Notes under the pieces: model-generated
What the model was told of the DNA's origin: nothing
The model's database searches: none
What the model saw: the letters and a program-made list of their open reading frames with translations, nothing else
Program-made: the position numbers and the translations under genes
Shown here: one piece after another, positions 49,489 to 63,084 of the stretch
Numbering within the stretch: the stretch's first letter is position 1
Layout: each line of letters opens with the position of its first letter
Assembly: GCF_003704095.1 (NCBI RefSeq)
Contig: NW_020844827.1
Span: forward strand, 124,001 to 188,000
Origin: Pocillopora damicornis
Taxonomy: Eukaryota
Direction: 5' to 3'
Length of the DNA stretch: 64,000 nt

Positions 49489-52400
49489 ATGGGTATGACA
49501 TTAGCAGGTAACGTTTACTTAATATTTTGTACCGTCTTTGCCCCAAAATATTATATCAGACTGCAAGTGAAGTAGTTGTTGCACGGGTTCCTCCATGTGA
49601 GGTTTTCCGACAATTATGAGTGATATGGTTGACCTAAAATTGGTCTTTGGACTCGTCGAAGTTCCTCAGAAAAGCGACTGAATTTCATTGAATTTTAGTT
49701 TTTTATGACTTATAATTAATGGTATGTCCGGGTTGTGTTTACATGAAGGAAATTGTGTTAATGTTCGTTTCGTTTTGTTTTATTGTTTACGATCAATCAC
49801 AACAGCCGGTTCGGAGAATATCTGCAAAATGAATCCAGAAAGTGCTGATACGCAACACAGAATGTGATTAATTTCCCAAGTGTACTGTTTCTTTGTAAAA
49901 GATGTGCGATTGCGTGTCGCAGTAATCAGCCTAACGGCTGAGAACTCCGCTTGACCGATGGAAATAAATATGGCGACAAAGTTTGCGAGGGGTGGGGTGG
50001 GAAGGGGCCGAGTATCGGTCACCTCCGAGAGGTCAAGGAACTGATTGAATGTCGGAATTAAAATTTATTGTTGGCTTAAATGGGTAAATGGTCAACGGTA
50101 AATTGATAGATAAATAAATGGAGGGTAGCCGGCGAGTAGGCCCTTATAATAACCTTTTCCAACACGTGCGTTTCTCGGTCAGCAGAGAAAAAAAATTGAG
50201 ATCTTAACATTAAGCAACGCAAGCCGGCGTGATTGTATACAAAGGGTCAAGTGAGGGCCTTCCTATTAGTGTCAGACCTCCATCAAACCTTTCCGCGACT
50301 CGTCTCGAATCTTCCCGCGTGTGGAGGAACACGCGTCCTGCAGCGCTTATCAGGGGGCCGGCGGGGGCCTAGCTATTCTTCGATAATTCCAACTGAGTAA
50401 GTTAGTGATGCAAATTTGTCACCGTAAAGATTGTACAACGTCAACTCAGTTGAAATGATTTTGTAATACTCTGACACCCCTATGGTGGCCGAGCGCTGCC
50501 TCTCAAAATTTTACAATTTTTCAAAGATTTAATAAAAAATAAAAGAAAAATAAATCAAAACTGGAAGTAAAATGGAACGTGACTGCAAAACAAAGGAAAA
50601 AGAACGATTGAAAGTAGCAATCCAATTTGAAAGCCGAAGTAATTGCAATATCGAAGTAAAATCATTTCAAAATTAAACTGAAATCCTAGGACAGTTCACG
50701 GCGAAATAAAAATATAAATGGAACATCAAATCAAAACAATAGTCAAAGTGAGTATCGCTGTGGCCGAGGGCTGCCACTACCATGATACTGTGCGGGCAGT
50801 AAAAATTTTGTAAAATTTTGAGTGGCAGCTCTCGGCCACCATACACCCCCCCCCCCCCCACCCTTTGTTTTTTTTCATTTGAAGTCTGATAGTAGTTTCT
50901 GAATGTATTTTGCGCAAACACAAGTAGCTTGAACTTGTTATGCGCACGCACTATTTTTGTGCAGCGGTTTGTCACACGCAGGATGCAGGCATTTTAGCAT
51001 TTATTATATACTCAACAAAATATCGCGTTTCTGATTGGTCAATGATGAATGCATAAATAGGTTATAGAGTACAATAGAGGTTATAGAGTGCAATACGGAG
51101 AAGTTGCCATGGAAACACCGATGGAGTAATTTTGTCGAGAATATAATAAATAAAAAATCGTATGAACCTGCTCGTGCATTTCGTGATTTATGGGCACGAG
51201 TGATATTTTGAAAGTTCTCAAATTGCACTCGCCTACGGCTCGTGCAATTTTGAGAACTTTCAAAACATCACTCGTGCCCATAAATCACGAAATGCACTCG
51301 CGTTCATACGATTTCCTATACTTATAATGATGGAACAAATTACGGCGCGCAAAGGAAGTCCTTAAACGTGTGGTGTGGACTTAAAACGAAACGAATTTAG
51401 TGGATAGATACAAGCTTGCCTCCGTTCGCCTTAGAAACGCAAACAAATTACAAATAGATATACTGCGATGTTGGAAAGTTGGTTACATTGTACTGTAAAA
51501 AAAAAAAAAAAAACTGTTTTATCGATCGGTTGCGTGTGTTACGCTTCTCTAGCCACTCCGCCTCTCCCGCTTTATAAGAAATGCGCATAAAATAGAGCAG
51601 TTGGATAATTAATAACTTTTTAGACGTTTTGGTGTGTGGTATCGCTGAGTATTTGTACTCTTTTCTTTTGTATTTTGACTCACCTAAAAGCTTGTCAACA
51701 TACGGCACAGCACGCAAAAGTACCAAGCAAAAACCACACGCTAAAACTTCTTATAAGATATATTTAGCGAGCCAGATCAGTCGCTTTACTTTTTTATTAT
51801 TTACAGGATCAAGGACTCTAGGTAAAGAAAGCTATACTCGTCTGTTTACATTAACGATGTGTATTTTTGTTTGTTACAGAATTCGCGCTTTACTTCTTAA
51901 ACGGTGTTGTGAAACTGAAGTCTCTACCCGTGGTTATTGTATACCTGTCTTTTGTGGCTTTCTCGCCGCTTTGGACTCGATATGTTCGCCCTTTTGGTCT
52001 CCGTAAGGTATGGATAATGTTAACAGATTCCTTTAGTGGATCCACATCAGCCCGCATTTGCCATACTTTAGATGAATATATATGAGGCGTAGGCCTGGAG
52101 AGAGACCTCACTAGCAAGGGAGGGGTAGGCTAGTCGAGTTTATTTGTGACGGAGATGTACCAAGCAGCATATAAACAGCACGTAGTGTGACATTTCTAAG
52201 ATCAAGATTGATGTGAAAAACGCTATATCGCTATGTTTTATCTTCTCTTTCTTAATCTCCCAGGTTCTGGTGGTTTATAATTTTGCATGTAGTATATTCA
52301 GCCTTTATTCAGTCGTCATCATCCTTGCAGCCCTGGCAAGGAATTGGCCACGTTCTTTGTTTTCATGTGAGGAAGATTCCCTCGTAAAGCACGCTTTTTG

Positions 52401-53431
52401 GGTGTACTACATGACCAAGTACATCGAGCTCATGGACACAGTCTTCATGATTCTTAGACACAGGCTGCGTCAAGTTTCTTTACTTCATGTAAGTAACCTG
52501 AAACGGTAAATTCTTGACTGCAAATGACACGATTCTAGGAAAAGTTTCAAAGACCATTGAAAATGTGAATCTAGTAGAACATGGCGGGCTTATTACATCA
52601 CGCGCCCACGAACTCCTTACTGCCCAACGCGAGATCGACAGACCGGTGAGGTGGATCGGTATTACAGAGGTCTGGGGCTGACTCGTTTTCTTTCCTCTTC
52701 TAAATCGGTCTTTGAAAGCGTGAGAAATGGGGACGGGTGATGACTGAAAGTTACCAAGGGAACGACGGGAGGATGGCATCTTTTCCTGTCTTCCCATCTG
52801 CTTCCGCGCCCCCCCTCAGAGACAACTGCAGGCTGAAATTGGCGGGGGCATGGTGGAGGGAAGGGCGGGTGCCTAGAAGGAGGCAATGGTCAGCTAAAGC
52901 ATATACAGGAACCACCTTTTTTTTTGACTTAGAGGAAAAAATAATAATTCGATAAGTAAATATCTTTCATTGTATTTTTTTATGATTGAATTGGGCAAAT
53001 AGAAGCCTTTCGTTAGCGGATGCTTGGTTTTCGAACGTAGTAAAGTAAAAAATAATCTTTTTGAATTTATTTCCTCTTAGATTTACCACCACTCTTCCAT
53101 TTTGATGCTGAGTGAATACGCTTCCATTTACGGCAATTGGCCGGCCATCTCTGTACCATTGGGATTGAACGCCATCATTCACGTGTTTCTGTATTTCTAC
53201 TACGGCCAATCTGCACTCAATCCTGGTCAAAGGCCCGCTTGGAAGAAGAACCTGACCCAACTTCAACTGATTCAGTTCATGATTGGACTGTGTCACATGA
53301 TCGTGGGATATCTACAACACGGCTGGTGCTGGTACGGAATTGCCTATGAGCTGACCATGATATGGCTGTTTTCTAATTTTTATTACCAAGCGTATCTCAA
53401 AGAAAGGGCCGTTGCCAAGAAACTAGAATGA
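49489..53431 (+). CDS. ELOVL: ELO/ELOVL fatty-acid elongase (copy B, ~245 aa)
   Basis: Exons 49489-49507, 51807-51821 (15-nt microexon, tentative), 51880-52007, 52264-52488, 53081-53431. Motifs TKYIELMDTVFMILRHR, LLHIYHH, NAIIHVFLYFYY, TQLQLIQF, LFSNFY and C-terminal KKLE. Confidence 0.92.
51152..51322. repeat. Long foldback (palindromic) element end
   Basis: ~75-bp inverted arms around ttgcactcgcctacggctcgtgcaa, which is the reverse complement of the core at ~24165 apart from two deleted bases. Confidence 0.8.
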
Positions 53432-55648
53432 AGCACACATGTTTTAGGTTCAATTTTAAGTAACGTTTTATCTCGAGTGTTTATTGGCCTGCGTAACGAG
53501 CGTTCAGATGTTGGGGCGTAACTCTTCATTTGAGCGCAGCGACAGGGTCGGCATCTCTTACTTGAAAGTTTCAGTAACTTAACGAGCCTGAAGCCATCTT
53601 CTTGATTTAAAATTGTGGTAATTATGTCTTCTGTTCATATGGGTGTGGCTCCTCGCGCGGGGGAGCCGTTGCGAAATACGCGTGCCCGCCTTTTCGAGAG
53701 TTCGTCACGCAGGTTTGGCTTTTGTTGAGCTAAATGCCTTGCGTTTTAAATTGTGTCAAAATAGATTGAAACTAATTCTTTGCTAAGATAATCAATAATA
53801 ATTATTTTCATGGTCAGTTGAAAATTATTCGTATTTTTGTAAAAGTAATTTTAATTGTTTATTTGTACGACGGGGTAGAGAGTACTCAGCCACTAATTTA
53901 AGATAGATTGAAATAAATCTTACTGTAACTTGTAGCAAAGTGACTGGGTTAACATTTTGGGTACATCTTAAGCCTGCGAGCAAGCTCTCTGAAGAACAGC
54001 CCTATGAGCAGCGTAGCTGCCATGAATAAGAGCTAAGAGGAGACAGCGGTCAAACGTCTGCGCATGTGCTAACGTTGTAGTGTCTAAGTAACGTGCTTTT
54101 AATAACCACACAAGCCAGAAGTCATTGTGGTTCATAAAAGTATACCGTCTTTACTAAAACATAGTAGAGACTGATAAATGAACAGGATACCCGTACTCGG
54201 TAAAGTTTTTGTGTTCGAAAAGTCTGGAGTTTTTCTCTTTGAACTTTTATTTCATTTGACATATTTCTTTTCTGTTACACATATCAATTTTCTTTGATCA
54301 CTCTGTGAGAACAATTGTTTCTTAAATTCTCAGTTGGAATTTTGGATGGGAAATTGAAGCGCGAACAGCTGAAATTGGTCCTCTTGCGCATGCCTTACTT
54401 TTGACCGCTGTGTTTCTCGTAGGCTAGTTCATCTTGTGCATTCGCACTTTCAATCTCTTAATTTTAAACTACACAAAATATAGCAGTTTACTCTTGTTCA
54501 CCTTCGATTAGGTTAAAAAATAAAATCAATGCACACGAGTGTGGAGAATCGTTTCTCATATGGGCTAATTCTAAAAAGCAGCAATGCTCTTTTCGTTCAT
54601 TGTCTCGCACGCATTAACTCGCACGCGAAGAGAGGACCAGGGAGCACGAGGCCTTCACGCGAGACAAGCGGCTCATCACGCGACCAGTTTATCTCTTTTC
54701 TCGCGCAGAAAAAAATACTGAAGTAAATAGTCAGGAATGATAAAAAAAAACAAAACAAAACAAAACAAAAAAAACGTAGAGCGGTTTCTTCTTACAGTTT
54801 TCTTTCAGTTTTTTCAGTTTCGCGCATTCCCTATTTAACTTCTGTCAAAGACTTCTCACATCAAGTTTTAAGATTTCCAGGGTTAAAAAGATAAAACAAA
54901 ATTGTGTTTAAATCGGCTTTAAGTTATTTTAGTATTGTGTTTCGGGCATGTAATCCTTCCAGCCTTTTTATATTTCCCAGTTGCATGGTTTTGATGCGGG
55001 TTATCATCATCTGAGAGAGAAATCTCGCGATGAAAGAAAACTTCTAAAAGTCGGTCATAGGTACTCAACCGTAATAAACCAGTTTCTTTAGGAATATCAA
55101 TTTATCTTCATTGTGGAGCTTAATATTTTGCGTAATATATGACAAGTGTAGTGTATGCAAATCTCGTCTCAACAACCTACTTTATCTCTGATTCATTTAA
55201 GAGGATTTAACAAAAAAATTTCCAAAAGGTATTGACAACTTTGACACGTGTGTTGCAAATTTAAGAAGACTTACATAATGTTGGGGACATTTTTCATCAC
55301 ATCAAATCTCATTTTTTCCGGGATGTAATTTACCCGATTAAGACTATATTTGTCCAATCGATCATTGGTGGCCTTTTTCAAGACAGCTAAGACAGCTTCA
55401 ATATATATATATTTATGGGTTTCTGGTTTACGCAATGTGCACCATGCAATTGAATGGGTTAGGGCGCGATTGCGTAAATCAGATGTGTTAGAGCAATATT
55501 GGACTTACAGTTTGATAAATGAGTCTATGATAAATGAGTTATCAATGTTCCTTGGTCTTATCACATTAGGTAATCAAATTGGGGAACTTTTTAACACAAG
55601 TTTTCTGGAAACTATCATTTAGTGGACTTGAGAACAAGCGCGAACTTT

Positions 55649-55658
55649 CCATATATGG
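55649..55658. promoter_or_regulatory. CArG box (SRF site) upstream of PDZ gene
   Basis: CCATATATGG is a perfect CC(A/T)6GG, ~80 nt upstream of ATG 55740. Confidence 0.55.
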
Positions 55659-55739
55659 TAAGGGTCTTCTGACCTTCACTAGTCAAGCTGGTATAGGCGG
55701 AGGGATTCATGGGTAATCGTTGTTGCTATTCGCTCGATA

Positions 55740-58700
55740 ATGGCGTCCTCTGAAGTTTACGAAGTTGTGCTGAGCGGCGGAGCTCCTTGGGGTTTTCGAT
55801 TGCAAGGAGGCAAGGAATTTCGAGCACCTTTAAGAATTGCAAAGGTTAGTTGTTATGAAATGCCTGCAAGTTTTGCATGTCATTTTAATTAAACGGGCAT
55901 TTAAGTGAGTTTGGCTGCAACCTCAAGTGGTTTAACACAAAACTGCGTCCGTTTATATCGGAGTTGAAACATAAACTAGACGTATTTACTCAGGTTGGCT
56001 ACTTATTCGTGGCGCAATATTTTCTTTGAAATGCCAGATAAATCGTTCAACTACAGCTCCAGAATTAAAGACGTTTGCGTAGTTATTCATAAGAATCTCG
56101 CAAACAGCGCGCTAGCTATGTTTGGTAATTCGCAAATTTCAAAGTTGTAAGAGATATTCGATACACCTTGACTGGGATTTGACAGATATGATCACAGCCT
56201 TCGCTGAAATTTTATCAACACTGTAATCATATATTCCGGATAAAAGCGCCTTGTATACTTCTCCTCAAGTTTAGCAGTCTCAATTGCCGTTGCTTAGAGC
56301 AGCAATTAGTTCGGTTTTATCTGATTCGCGTTTGACCGCCACATTTTAAAGGACTTGAAACGTTTTCAGCGTAATTACATTTGGTGCATAACTGCACAGA
56401 TATGTCATCGTCTTCTGGTGATGAGAGAAGTGTTACAACCAAACAAGCAACGTATACCTTTCAAAATCTATGGTTTTTATAAATTGATTTGAATTATTCC
56501 TTGTGGAATTAATAATTTTTTTTATTTGTTGATTTCGTGCTGGTTTCATGAATAGCGTTATGGTTTGCGTGGGTTTTGCGTCGGTGATCAATAATCTTCG
56601 TAATATCAAGTTCTATTATTTATTCAAGAAATTTTTCTCTGAGGTATACAACAATCTGAACGCCGTAAATTATCGTAATATTTTTTAAATGTTGTTTTAA
56701 ACGAGAATTCTATTTTAAGCTCTTGCCGCAAAGAACAAATCGAATTATGCTTAACTCGAATTGTTGCGCGTGGAACAGAGTTTGTTTCAAAAGCACAATT
56801 CATGTTACGCATAGGAATTTCAATAAGCTTTTTGCTAGAAAGACTTAGATTAATTTTTATGGGAGGAACAATATACAATAAACAGCCCGGTTTCCAACGA
56901 TTTCGAAACGCATCTGAAATGATGCCTCAGGCAGTAATCTACTATCAACACAGTTTAATCTGCGGTTTGATGGTGGAGCGACAACTTTGATTGGAAGTTT
57001 AACACTAGAATTCCATTTCGTTGCAGACAATTTAGTAATCCTAAGGTAATTAAATTATGACATGCTCAAAGGGGCATCCGTCAACGGCAGTCTTATTGGA
57101 AAAGTTTAGGACAATTTTATTCGCAAGCTAGTGCCCGCGCAAATCTTAGTGTTTTCTTGAACCGATGAATAACATTGTTGTGGCATGTTTTATTATTGTG
57201 GCAAACGGGATCATCCCACACATAATATAAAATCCGAGACAGCTTATCCGGCCTCAATCATTCAAGATATGTTTACACTTAAGCTATGATTTGGTTCCCA
57301 AATATATTTGTTGATAAATTTGTATCTGATGGATTTCATTTCAAACATCGATTACCCAGTTCACTAATTAAAATTCATCTCTTGCTCAGAAAAAATAATT
57401 CTCTTAGTTAATTAAATCCGAAATTAATTTTTTCCCCTTTTTCCCACTATTTGGAAGTTGCATGTGGCAGCAGACTTATGCTTCAAGAATGTTGAAATAT
57501 TTAGAAGAAAATAATAAGCAAAATAAAAGATTCAGCCTTTTATTGCTCATCAGCAGTTGCATATTAAAGTTTCTTTTCTCACAGATGGAACCGCATTGAA
57601 TTTTATTTAGATGTCAAGTTACAACTGTAGACATATTTTTAGAGTATTTTAATATTTATGAGAAGATTATTTAAAATGCTTTAGTTTTTTACTGCTCGTC
57701 AGCTGTTGTACCTTAAGGTAAATTTTCCTTCAGATTGAACTATACAGAATTTTATTTAGATATCAAGTTATGGAAATTCAAGTTTATTTTATGAATGCCT
57801 TTTTAAGATTTTAGGATTTTTTTTCAATCTCAAAAGTGATGAATATTTAAATTATCTTCTTAACTTTTATTCAATTTCCTGCATTTAGCTGGTGAGAATA
57901 GACAAGCATATCAGACAAGGGTTTTGTCTTTGATATGCTATCCAATTCTCCTCATCAAATCACAAGGAAATGTATAGAAACTGGAGGCAAGAATTAAAAT
58001 CAGATCTTGGGCACACAGAAGATATGGGGCAGAAATAATATTTGTTAATTAATCCATTTACAGGTGACACCAAACAGTAAAGCTGACGTGGCTGGAATTG
58101 TGGAGGGATTATTAGTGCGCTCTATCAATAATGCAAACTGTGAAGAGTGGACACACAGTGATGCTCTGAATAGTATTAAAAAGACTGGATCTATGTTAAA
58201 AATGATCCTTTGTAGGTAAGTTATGACGCAGAACTACATATTGCACCTTGACTATCTTTGTAATTAAAATTTATTTTTTCTTATTTGTGTAAACTTATCA
58301 GTTGAAACATGGAAGATGAAATAGATTTGTCATGGTTTGAATTTTTCCAAAGTTCCTCTAATTCAATAACACATTTCATAGCATCAGCATGCAGATTCTC
58401 CATACTGTTCTCAAAACATTTCCTATGGTGCAGACAAGGAGAATTTGTTTAACAATCACAAGCTTCTGTAGTTGGTTCTCACGACCTTGATGTGTTATTC
58501 AGAGGTGATATTGTAAAGAGAAATTATATGTAAGGTGCTTTTAGGGGTTTTTTAGGGTCAAAGAAAACAAAAATTCTTCTTTTGCAAGAGAAAAAGATAC
58601 AATAGAGGTTTTATTTATTCAGTCTTGTCTTTCAATATGATATTTTCTCTTTCCAATGTATTTTTGGCTTTTAATTACAGACAAAAATTTTCAGTTAATT

Positions 58701-61700
58701 TTTCCCTTTGTTTCCATTTTGATCATTAGCAAGATAAAAATTATTGCTCAATTAATATTGCTTGGTTGGAAGAAATTGGTTTTAAAACTCATATTTTTGA
58801 AATCAAATGGGTAAGCTATATATTTTAGCGATTCAAAAATCAAAATGAAACTTAATTTACATAATTTGCTTTTTCAAAAATTTACATGAGTTCAAAAGGA
58901 AGGATTTTACTAAGGTTTTATTTATCATATGGTAAAAAATGTATGATTGTATGCGTTATGAAGCATCTAAGTTTAATCCTTTTTTAATTGTAAGCCTTAT
59001 TTTCAATTCAAAGTGAAGATGTGTGAATGATTTATGGGTGATTTATTTTACAATAATATTGTGTTTTCGTACTTTTCTTATCATTTGAAGATATTACAAA
59101 TAATTTATTAGGGGACCTCTGCCTTTCTTCCTAGGATAACTTTAATCTTCTCTTACAAATGAAGCAATATTTTATGTAATCTAGAGTCTTGAAGAAAGTA
59201 GCTGAAGATATTTGAAAATTTTAATGATCTTAAAAAAACCATTTGGTGATGATTATTATTAGTCATTGTTTTTTTTTTGGTAAGCTGAAAGCACTCTGGC
59301 AATTGCTAGACAAGTATATTTTTGACTCACAAGTGAGATTACATGATAAATTTTTAAACAGATGATGTTAAATTGTGTCTGCATTTAAAAAGAGATGATC
59401 CAGAGGCACGTTAAAGTTGTGTCTGATATACTTTTTAAATTGGATCGAATGATTCTGGTATAAGTTAAACAGATTTTGACAACCTTCTGTCTCTCGTCTG
59501 TAATCTACTGTTTTAATTTGATATGTATTGTATGTTTTATCATTTACATCTGCTGGAATAAATTTTTATTTTTTAACCTTCCTTTTTTCCTGGTGTTGAA
59601 ACCAATCTCTCAACTGTAGGTCATGGAAATTAATTTTTGCTTGTTAAGAGCAGAATATTTGACCTTTTGCAAGTCTCTGTGAAATTGATGCCTAATTGAT
59701 TGCTGATGAGGGTTTTCCATATATGGCATGTGTTGTTTTTGTATGTTATTCGAGAAACAAAGTTATTACGTTACAAGTAGGGGTGGATAAGGGGTAAATA
59801 TAGAATCCAGCTATCTGCCTGTTTTCTCTGTCTTTTTGCTGTTTAAATCAAACAGCCAGAGTGAATAATTTCTCATACATCATGGCTAGTGAAGCAAGAG
59901 TTGTGACTAGAGCATCATTCAGTTTTAGCAGGTAACAGTGAATTGTGTTTTCATGAAGGATGAAATAACTGTCATGATACACTACGTGCCTCCAATATAG
60001 TTTAGTTAATACATCGTTTTTTATTCATCCTTAAGATTTTGTGATATACAGGTACATGTGGATGGCTCTTAATAGAGAGAATGTTTGCCAATAATAAACT
60101 ACATTTTGGAATATTTTAAGTTCACAGCATACAAATGAACATCCATTTCCTGTGTTTTTGTTTAAAACATGGCAGTTCAGCTGTATGTTTGTGTCTTTAA
60201 AACACTGCTTGCTCACCTATGTTGGATAAAACTCTAGATTGACTCCCATTCGAAAGAGTTGTTTTGCAAGATAGATTTCAGTGTGTAATCATTTATAGTA
60301 GAAGTGTACATTGGAAATTAACCTTACCTTCTATAGATAATTTACATAAAATGTTTATCCTCTATTCCTAAATTTTGTCATGTCTTTGTGCTTTGTGAGA
60401 TCTGTTTACTAGAAAGCTTTCTGTTTTTCATTGATATTTTACATTTTCAAGTTATCTTGTATAAGAATTATGCATTTAGAGGCAATCTTTCATTTGTTTT
60501 TCCATTCAAGGATATTGTTTACAAAATGTGAAATTTGCATAATATATTTAATCTTCATCAGAATACATTCATTGCCTCCCAATGACACTGTTATTGTTCA
60601 CTAAGAAAATTTCTATTTGTACAACCTTTATCATTTGTTGTGATCACATAACTAGCACATTATTTTTAGACTGATCTTTAATCTAGACAAATTGTATATG
60701 TGATCCATTACAGTCAAAATCTGGTTATCAGATTGTTTAAGATATATGAGGTTCACATGATATAATTTTCAAATTTCATGTTTGGGAATTTCATATTTCA
60801 TTCGTATGGATTCACAACTTTGTGGCTTGTCAGACACTGAAGACTGAACATCTTTGTAACCTAAGAGCTGTGCTATAGATTTTTTTTTTAGGTATAAAGT
60901 CTCATTAGCTCAAAATATTGGTGCAAACAACATAATTTAATCAAGATGCCTCAAAATTTATTGAAATACATATTTAGTGATCAGATTTGGTTTTAGGCAA
61001 TGTTACTCTTATAAAAGTTATCACAATGGTATAGTGCATTTTTTAAGCAGCAAGCAGACTTACTTTTTTAAAAAAGTCTGTAATAAACTTGTACTTTGTG
61101 TTTTTTACATGAATGTTCGTGTATGTCACTGCACCAAATACAAGGCCTCTGTGCACAGTAGGGAGCAGGCTTGTCATAATTTGAAAATTGTTTGAAGCTT
61201 GACACTTTGGTTATCTGCGTGTGTTCATATTTTCAATGTGAATTTCTTGTATTTGATGTTAAAAACACATGTTTTGTTATATTGCCTGAAATGATCAGCT
61301 TTTGGAATTTTTCTGTTACAAATGTGGAAAAAGTGGGAGGCTTACAGATTGAAATCAAGCATGGCTCTTTAAAGATTACTTTGGAACATAAAAGTAGGCT
61401 TGTAAATGTACTGAGAAATGAAACAAACAAGTATCATTTTCTTTTTTTATCAGTTACTGTTATCAATTTAGCCTAATTACATCCGTTTTCTTTCTTAATA
61501 ACTGTTTATGATATGAATGTTTGAGGGTGTTTTTATAATCAATGTGTCAATTAAAAGTGAAATATCCAGCTCAATCCTGTAGAGAATTTAGAATATCTCC
61601 TGAATTTATCATCAAAGGATATTTGGCATGATTTTGCAAAAATAGTAAACAGTAGTCTCCAGATAGTTAGGAAATGTGCATGCCTTTGGGTGTTTTACCA

Positions 61701-63084
61701 GTGACAATTTCTGTTTCAAGAAGGGAACAGGGTTTTTAAAGCCAGACAAGAGGAAACTTTTGAGCTTCAAGGAACAGATGATGTCCAAGAAAATATTTTC
61801 AAGCGAATTGGAGGCTTTTTTTTTATCATGCTGTGAGATATTTTTTGCAATGTGTGGGGAACTATAAATAGCTGTTAAAAACTGACTCTTTTTTAGTGTG
61901 ATATTATAATGAACAAACAATTCTGCCCTTTTTTCTGTAATGGCAGCAAAATATTCTCCCATTTTGAATCAACTTTTGAAGGAAGCCTTATGGTGCAATA
62001 TATATTCTGAAAATTGGACATATTACTTGGAGAATATTTAACTTTACTTTGCAAGTGCACATTGGATTTGAGAAGCCTCTTATTATTGATACCAGGATGC
62101 CATTGACTAGGGTTTTTTTACTTCTTTTCTATTGCTCTGAGTGAGCAATTGCCTCTGGGTTGAAAAGAAATCAGCTCAATAACAACTGATGGAGTAATGC
62201 TTTATGTTTGGTTAAGTTTTTGAGAAGACTTCATAAGACTGAAAGCTCATTTGGATAACAAGAACAAAATATAACAGAAAAAAAANNNNNNNNNNNNNNN
62301 NNNNNNNNNNNNNNNNNNNNNNNNNNNNNNNNNNNNNNNNNNNNNNNNNNNNNNNNNNNNNNNNNNNNNNNNNNNNNNNNNNNNNAAATGTATCAGGTAG
62401 AAATTTTCATCTTGATCTTTAGCGTGCACATAATTTTAGCTTTTCTTGGTTTCTACTGCAGATGATTCATCCAATGCAAATGAATGGAATCCTAACATTA
62501 TATCAGAAGTTGTGAGACCTCCAGAGCAAATTAAGTTAGTTCATGGTATGGAGGGAATACGATCTGCATCCAGCTCCTCAACATCCTCAGGTACAGTGTT
62601 TTCACTGTATGCTAACTAGTTGTCTGAATACATGGTTGTAGTTTGCTTTCACACCCCTCTCTTGTGAGATTTATGGTGGCCAAGAGCCATGCTCTTAACC
62701 CTTTAACTCCCAGAAGTGATCAACATGAAACTTCTCCCCATAATATCCTTATATTATCCAGCAAACAGCTAATGAGAATATTCAAAGTTATCAGGTAGAC
62801 GTTATTTTGATCCAACACCAAATTCTCATAACAAATTTACAAGGAAATGTGTTGCAGCTAGAGGGGAGAATTACCATTCAGATCTTGGAAGTTAAATGGT
62901 TAAGAAAGCCAATTTTCTGTCACAGGTGAAGGTAAAGTCTGCACTTGAGCCTTGACATTTTATTTTTCCTAATTTCTCTTTCCTCTTTCTTCTTTTTGGT
63001 AGAACCCAGTGCCCAGATGAGAGCACCAGTAGACTCTCGTGGATTCACTGATAAACCACGCCCTATTGGTCGAGGGGGAAGAAG
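55740..63084 (+). CDS. N-terminal PDZ protein of the PDZ-LIM (ALP/Enigma/ZASP-like) type; continues beyond window
   Basis: Exon 55740-55844 (MASSEVYEVVLSGGAPWGFRLQGGKEFRAPLRIAK) and exon 58064-58215 (VTPNSKADVAGI...SINNANCEEWTHSDALNSIK). Probable later exons 62462-62590 and 63003-63084. PWGFRLQGG is the PDLIM-type PDZ signature. No LIM domains are visible in the window. Confidence 0.75.
59717..59726. promoter_or_regulatory. Second CArG box (intronic)
   Basis: Same TTCCATATATGG as at 55647-55658, ~155 nt upstream of a candidate alternative first exon. Confidence 0.45.
62695..62904. mobile_element. TTAA-flanked MITE (piggyBac-like)
   Basis: ttaaccctttaactccc...ggaagttaaatggttaa. The internal sequence is shared with the copies at ~42830-43013 and ~47947-48124. 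Confidence 0.75.
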
